Of a stretch of 64,000 nucleotides of DNA, positions 61,445 through 64,000 are shown in pieces. The position numbers were made by a program, and so were the translations under genes. Position 1 is the first letter of the stretch. Each line of letters starts with the position of its first letter. The notes below the pieces were generated by a model. It ran no database searches, was not told the DNA's origin, and was given only the letters and a program-made list of their open reading frames with translations. The DNA is taken from assembly GCA_965221695.1 (NCBI GenBank), contig OZ244905.1, forward strand, positions 2,144,001-2,208,000, in the 5' to 3' direction. Origin of the DNA: Gammaproteobacteria bacterium (GTDB lineage Bacteria > Pseudomonadota > Gammaproteobacteria > Eutrophobiales > Eutrophobiaceae).

Positions 61445-61873
61445 ATGATGCGTTCCCGAATCCGCAAACGCCCCATGTCCGAGATCAACGTTGTGCCCTA
61501 TATCGACGTGATGCTGGTATTGCTGATCATCTTCATGATCACGGCGCCGCTGCTCAGCCAGGGAGTAAAGATAGATCTGCCGCAAGTCCCCTCGGAACCA
61601 TTGCCGGCCAGCGACAGCGACCCTGTGATCATCAGTGTGGATGTGGCGGGTAACTTTTTCATCAATTACGGAGAGAATCAGGATCAGCCTGTCTCGCCCG
61701 AGGTTCTGGTGAACAGAGTTAGCGCGTTGGTTAAATACCGCCCCAAGCTCCCGGTGCTGGTAAAAGGAGATACAGATGTGAATTACGGGCGCGTGGTTCA
61801 GGCTATGGCGCTGCTGCAAGGCTCTGGCGTGAAAGGCATAGGATTGATCACCGAACCGCCGCCGGAACAATGA
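61445..61873 (+). CDS. tolR: Tol-Pal system protein TolR
   Basis: SEINVVPYIDVMLVLLIIFMITAP. Confidence 0.96.
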   Translation: MMRSRIRKRPMSEINVVPYIDVMLVLLIIFMITAPLLSQGVKIDLPQVPSEPLPASDSDPVIISVDVAGNFFINYGENQDQPVSPEVLVNRVSALVKYRPKLPVLVKGDTDVNYGRVVQAMALLQGSGVKGIGLITEPPPEQ

Positions 61874-61879
61874 TATGCC

Positions 61880-62764
61880 ATGAGATTTCTGCCGCTTCGT
61901 CCATTTTTATACTCGCTAGCGCTGCATATCTTAGTGATCAGCGCGTTGGTCGTTAATTTTGACACCCGGCGCGCGCCCGTTTTTAAGCCCAAACCCAGGG
62001 AAAACATCGTTGAGGCAGTGACAGTCGATGACCAGGCTGTAGAAAACGAATTGCAACGGCTCAGGGAGCAGGAGCTGGAAAAACAGCGAGCCATGGAAAA
62101 AAAGCTGAACGAGCTGGAGCAACAAGCCAGCGCCGCGGAAGAGCGACGCAGACAAGAGGAAAAAAAGAAGCAGGCAGCGGAACGTAAGCGCAAGGAAGAA
62201 GAACAGCGCAAGCGCGAGGCAGAGAAACAGCGTAAGGAAGAAGAACGCAAAACCGCAGCAGAGCGCAAACGCATCGAAGCGGACAAACGTAAGGCCGAAG
62301 CGGAGCTAAAACGAATAGAAGAAGATAAACGCAAGGCCGAAGCGGAACGCAAACGTATCGAAGAAGAAAAACGCAGGGCCGAGGCGGAGCGGCAAAAGAG
62401 AGCAGAAGAAAAGAAGAAACAAGAGGCGGAAGCTGCGCGGCGCAAACAACTCGCGCAGGAACAGTTGGCGCGGGATAAAATACTTCTGCAAAATATCGTC
62501 GCGGAAATTTATCAGGCGGTGGTCGGAAACTTTAACAAAACCGGTTTGCCTAAAGGACTGGAATGCGTATTATCAGTGCAAACCATACCTGGTGGCGAAG
62601 TGATCAACGTGACCATTAATAAACCTAGCGGCAATGAAGTATTTGACAGAAGAGCCGTCACCGCGGTCGAGAAGGCCTCGCCGTTGCCGTTGCCTTCGGA
62701 CCCGGCAGTTTTTGAGCGCTTGCGCCTGAGGAAGTTCAATTTCATATTTAAACCCGAGGACTGA
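61880..62764 (+). CDS. tolA: Tol-Pal system protein TolA
   Basis: TM helix with SLALH, Glu/Lys/Arg/Ala-rich helical repeats, C-terminal SGNEVFDRRAVTAV. Confidence 0.93.
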   Translation: MRFLPLRPFLYSLALHILVISALVVNFDTRRAPVFKPKPRENIVEAVTVDDQAVENELQRLREQELEKQRAMEKKLNELEQQASAAEERRRQEEKKKQAAERKRKEEEQRKREAEKQRKEEERKTAAERKRIEADKRKAEAELKRIEEDKRKAEAERKRIEEEKRRAEAERQKRAEEKKKQEAEAARRKQLAQEQLARDKILLQNIVAEIYQAVVGNFNKTGLPKGLECVLSVQTIPGGEVINVTINKPSGNEVFDRRAVTAVEKASPLPLPSDPAVFERLRLRKFNFIFKPED

Positions 62765-62768
62765 TAGC

Positions 62769-64000
62769 GTGAGACTCATCGGCTGCCTGTTCATTCTGTT
62801 CCTGTTGCTCTCGATACGGGCGCAGGCCCAGGGTGAACTGGAAATTATTATCGATACCGGCATTGAAAACACCTTACCGGTTGCGATTATCCCTTTTGGT
62901 TGGAACGGGGCGCCCGGCGAACAGCCGATTGATCTGCATACGACCATTGCTAACAACCTGTCAAGAAGTGGACGTTTTGCCACTATGAACGTGAACGAAA
63001 TGCCGCAGCGACCGGTGGAATTCGGACATGTCAGTTTCAGGGACTGGCAATTGCTGCGCATGGAAAACATCGTCATCGGCAACCTGACACAGACGCTGTC
63101 CGGGGACTACGAGATTGAATTCAGACTGTTGGACGTGTATAAGGCAAGCCAGTTAACCGGATTCCGGCTCAAGTCCACACGCGCGCAATTGCGCCGGAAC
63201 GCGCACCGCATCAGCGATATCATCTTTGAAAAACTCACCGGCGTGCGCGGCGCTTTCGATACCCGTATCGCCTACGTAACGGTGACGCAGGATTCGACCG
63301 GACAAGCGCGGCACAGCCTGCAAATCGCTGACGCTGACGGCTTCAATCCGATAACGCTGCTCGAATCGGAGCAGGCGCTGATGTCGCCGGCCTGGTCGCC
63401 GGATGGAAAATATCTCGCCTATGTTTCCTTTGAAGGGAACAACTCCTCGGTCTTCGTACAAAATATCCGCACCGGCCAACGGGAAGAGGTGGCTGCCCAC
63501 GCAGGCATCAACAGCGCGCCGGCGTTCTCCCCGGACGGCAGCCGGCTGGCCCTGACCCTGTCAAAAGACGGCAACCCGGAAATCTACTTGCTGCGTTTGG
63601 CCGATAATACGTTGCAACGCATCACCCGCCACCGCGCCATAGATACCGAACCGAACTGGTCGCCGGACGGCAGCCGGCTTGTTTTTACCTCCGATCGCGG
63701 CGGCACGCCGCAGATCTATGAAATCGACCTGCAAGACGGCGCGCCGAAACGGCTTACTTTCGAGGGATCATATTTCGCACGGCCGCGTTATTCTCCCTAC
63801 GGCGCCGGCATTACCATGGTTTACGGGTCTAAAGGAAAGTATCGGATAGCCTATCTCGATCTTGGTAACGGCAGTCTGAGCATCCTGACAAATAATCGCT
63901 TGGATGAATCCCCCAGTTTTTCCCCCAACGGCAGTATGATCATTTATGCCACCACCGGCCGCTACGGTTCCGAGCTGGCGGCAGTTTCCGCGGATGGCGA
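62769..64000 (+). CDS. tolB: Tol-Pal system protein TolB (runs off window end)
   Basis: Not in the ORF track. Read from GTG 62769: signal peptide, PVAIIPF, LTGVRGAFDTRIAYV, MSPAWSPDG and repeated SPDG beta-propeller motifs. Confidence 0.95.
   Translation, partial: MRLIGCLFILFLLLSIRAQAQGELEIIIDTGIENTLPVAIIPFGWNGAPGEQPIDLHTTIANNLSRSGRFATMNVNEMPQRPVEFGHVSFRDWQLLRMENIVIGNLTQTLSGDYEIEFRLLDVYKASQLTGFRLKSTRAQLRRNAHRISDIIFEKLTGVRGAFDTRIAYVTVTQDSTGQARHSLQIADADGFNPITLLESEQALMSPAWSPDGKYLAYVSFEGNNSSVFVQNIRTGQREEVAAHAGINSAPAFSPDGSRLALTLSKDGNPEIYLLRLADNTLQRITRHRAIDTEPNWSPDGSRLVFTSDRGGTPQIYEIDLQDGAPKRLTFEGSYFARPRYSPYGAGITMVYGSKGKYRIAYLDLGNGSLSILTNNRLDESPSFSPNGSMIIYATTGRYGSELAAVSADG

Noticed and set aside
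62130-62440. Tandem AEAERKRIEE-type repeats
   Set aside because: Normal TolA helical linker.

Overview
This is a core-chromosome segment of a gammaproteobacterium that probably spans the replication origin. Gene orientation flips from mostly minus to mostly plus at an AT-rich region with DnaA-box-like sites upstream of dnaN (~27.6-27.95 kb). Two parS sites sit inside recF, and dnaA is missing from its usual position. Gene content in order: M16 peptidase pair, ftsYEX-rpoH (with a CIRCE-like operator), an aa3/caa3 cytochrome c oxidase cluster next to cydAB, bioBFCD/comF, gyrB-recF-dnaN, leuS-lptE-holA-proA-nadD-rsfS, PPi-PFK plus H+-PPase, bepA, tRNA-Lys, aspS, nadA, yebC-ruvCAB and tolQRAB. 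Three TonB-dependent receptors are interspersed, one paired with an S9 peptidase. The most unusual element is a 2 x 190-bp tandem non-coding array between nadA and yebC (57193-57569). On the + strand each unit is a tRNA-Leu-type cloverleaf carrying a non-Leu anticodon (GCC/Gly and GTC/Asp) and an over-long variable arm, downstream of a CRP-box promoter with class I (-61.5) geometry. On the - strand each unit has its own near-consensus sigma70 promoter and intrinsic terminator, which would give a full-length antisense RNA. This suggests an undescribed system of possibly mistranslating tRNA-like RNAs with cognate antisense RNAs. All calls come from reading the sequence; no searches were run.
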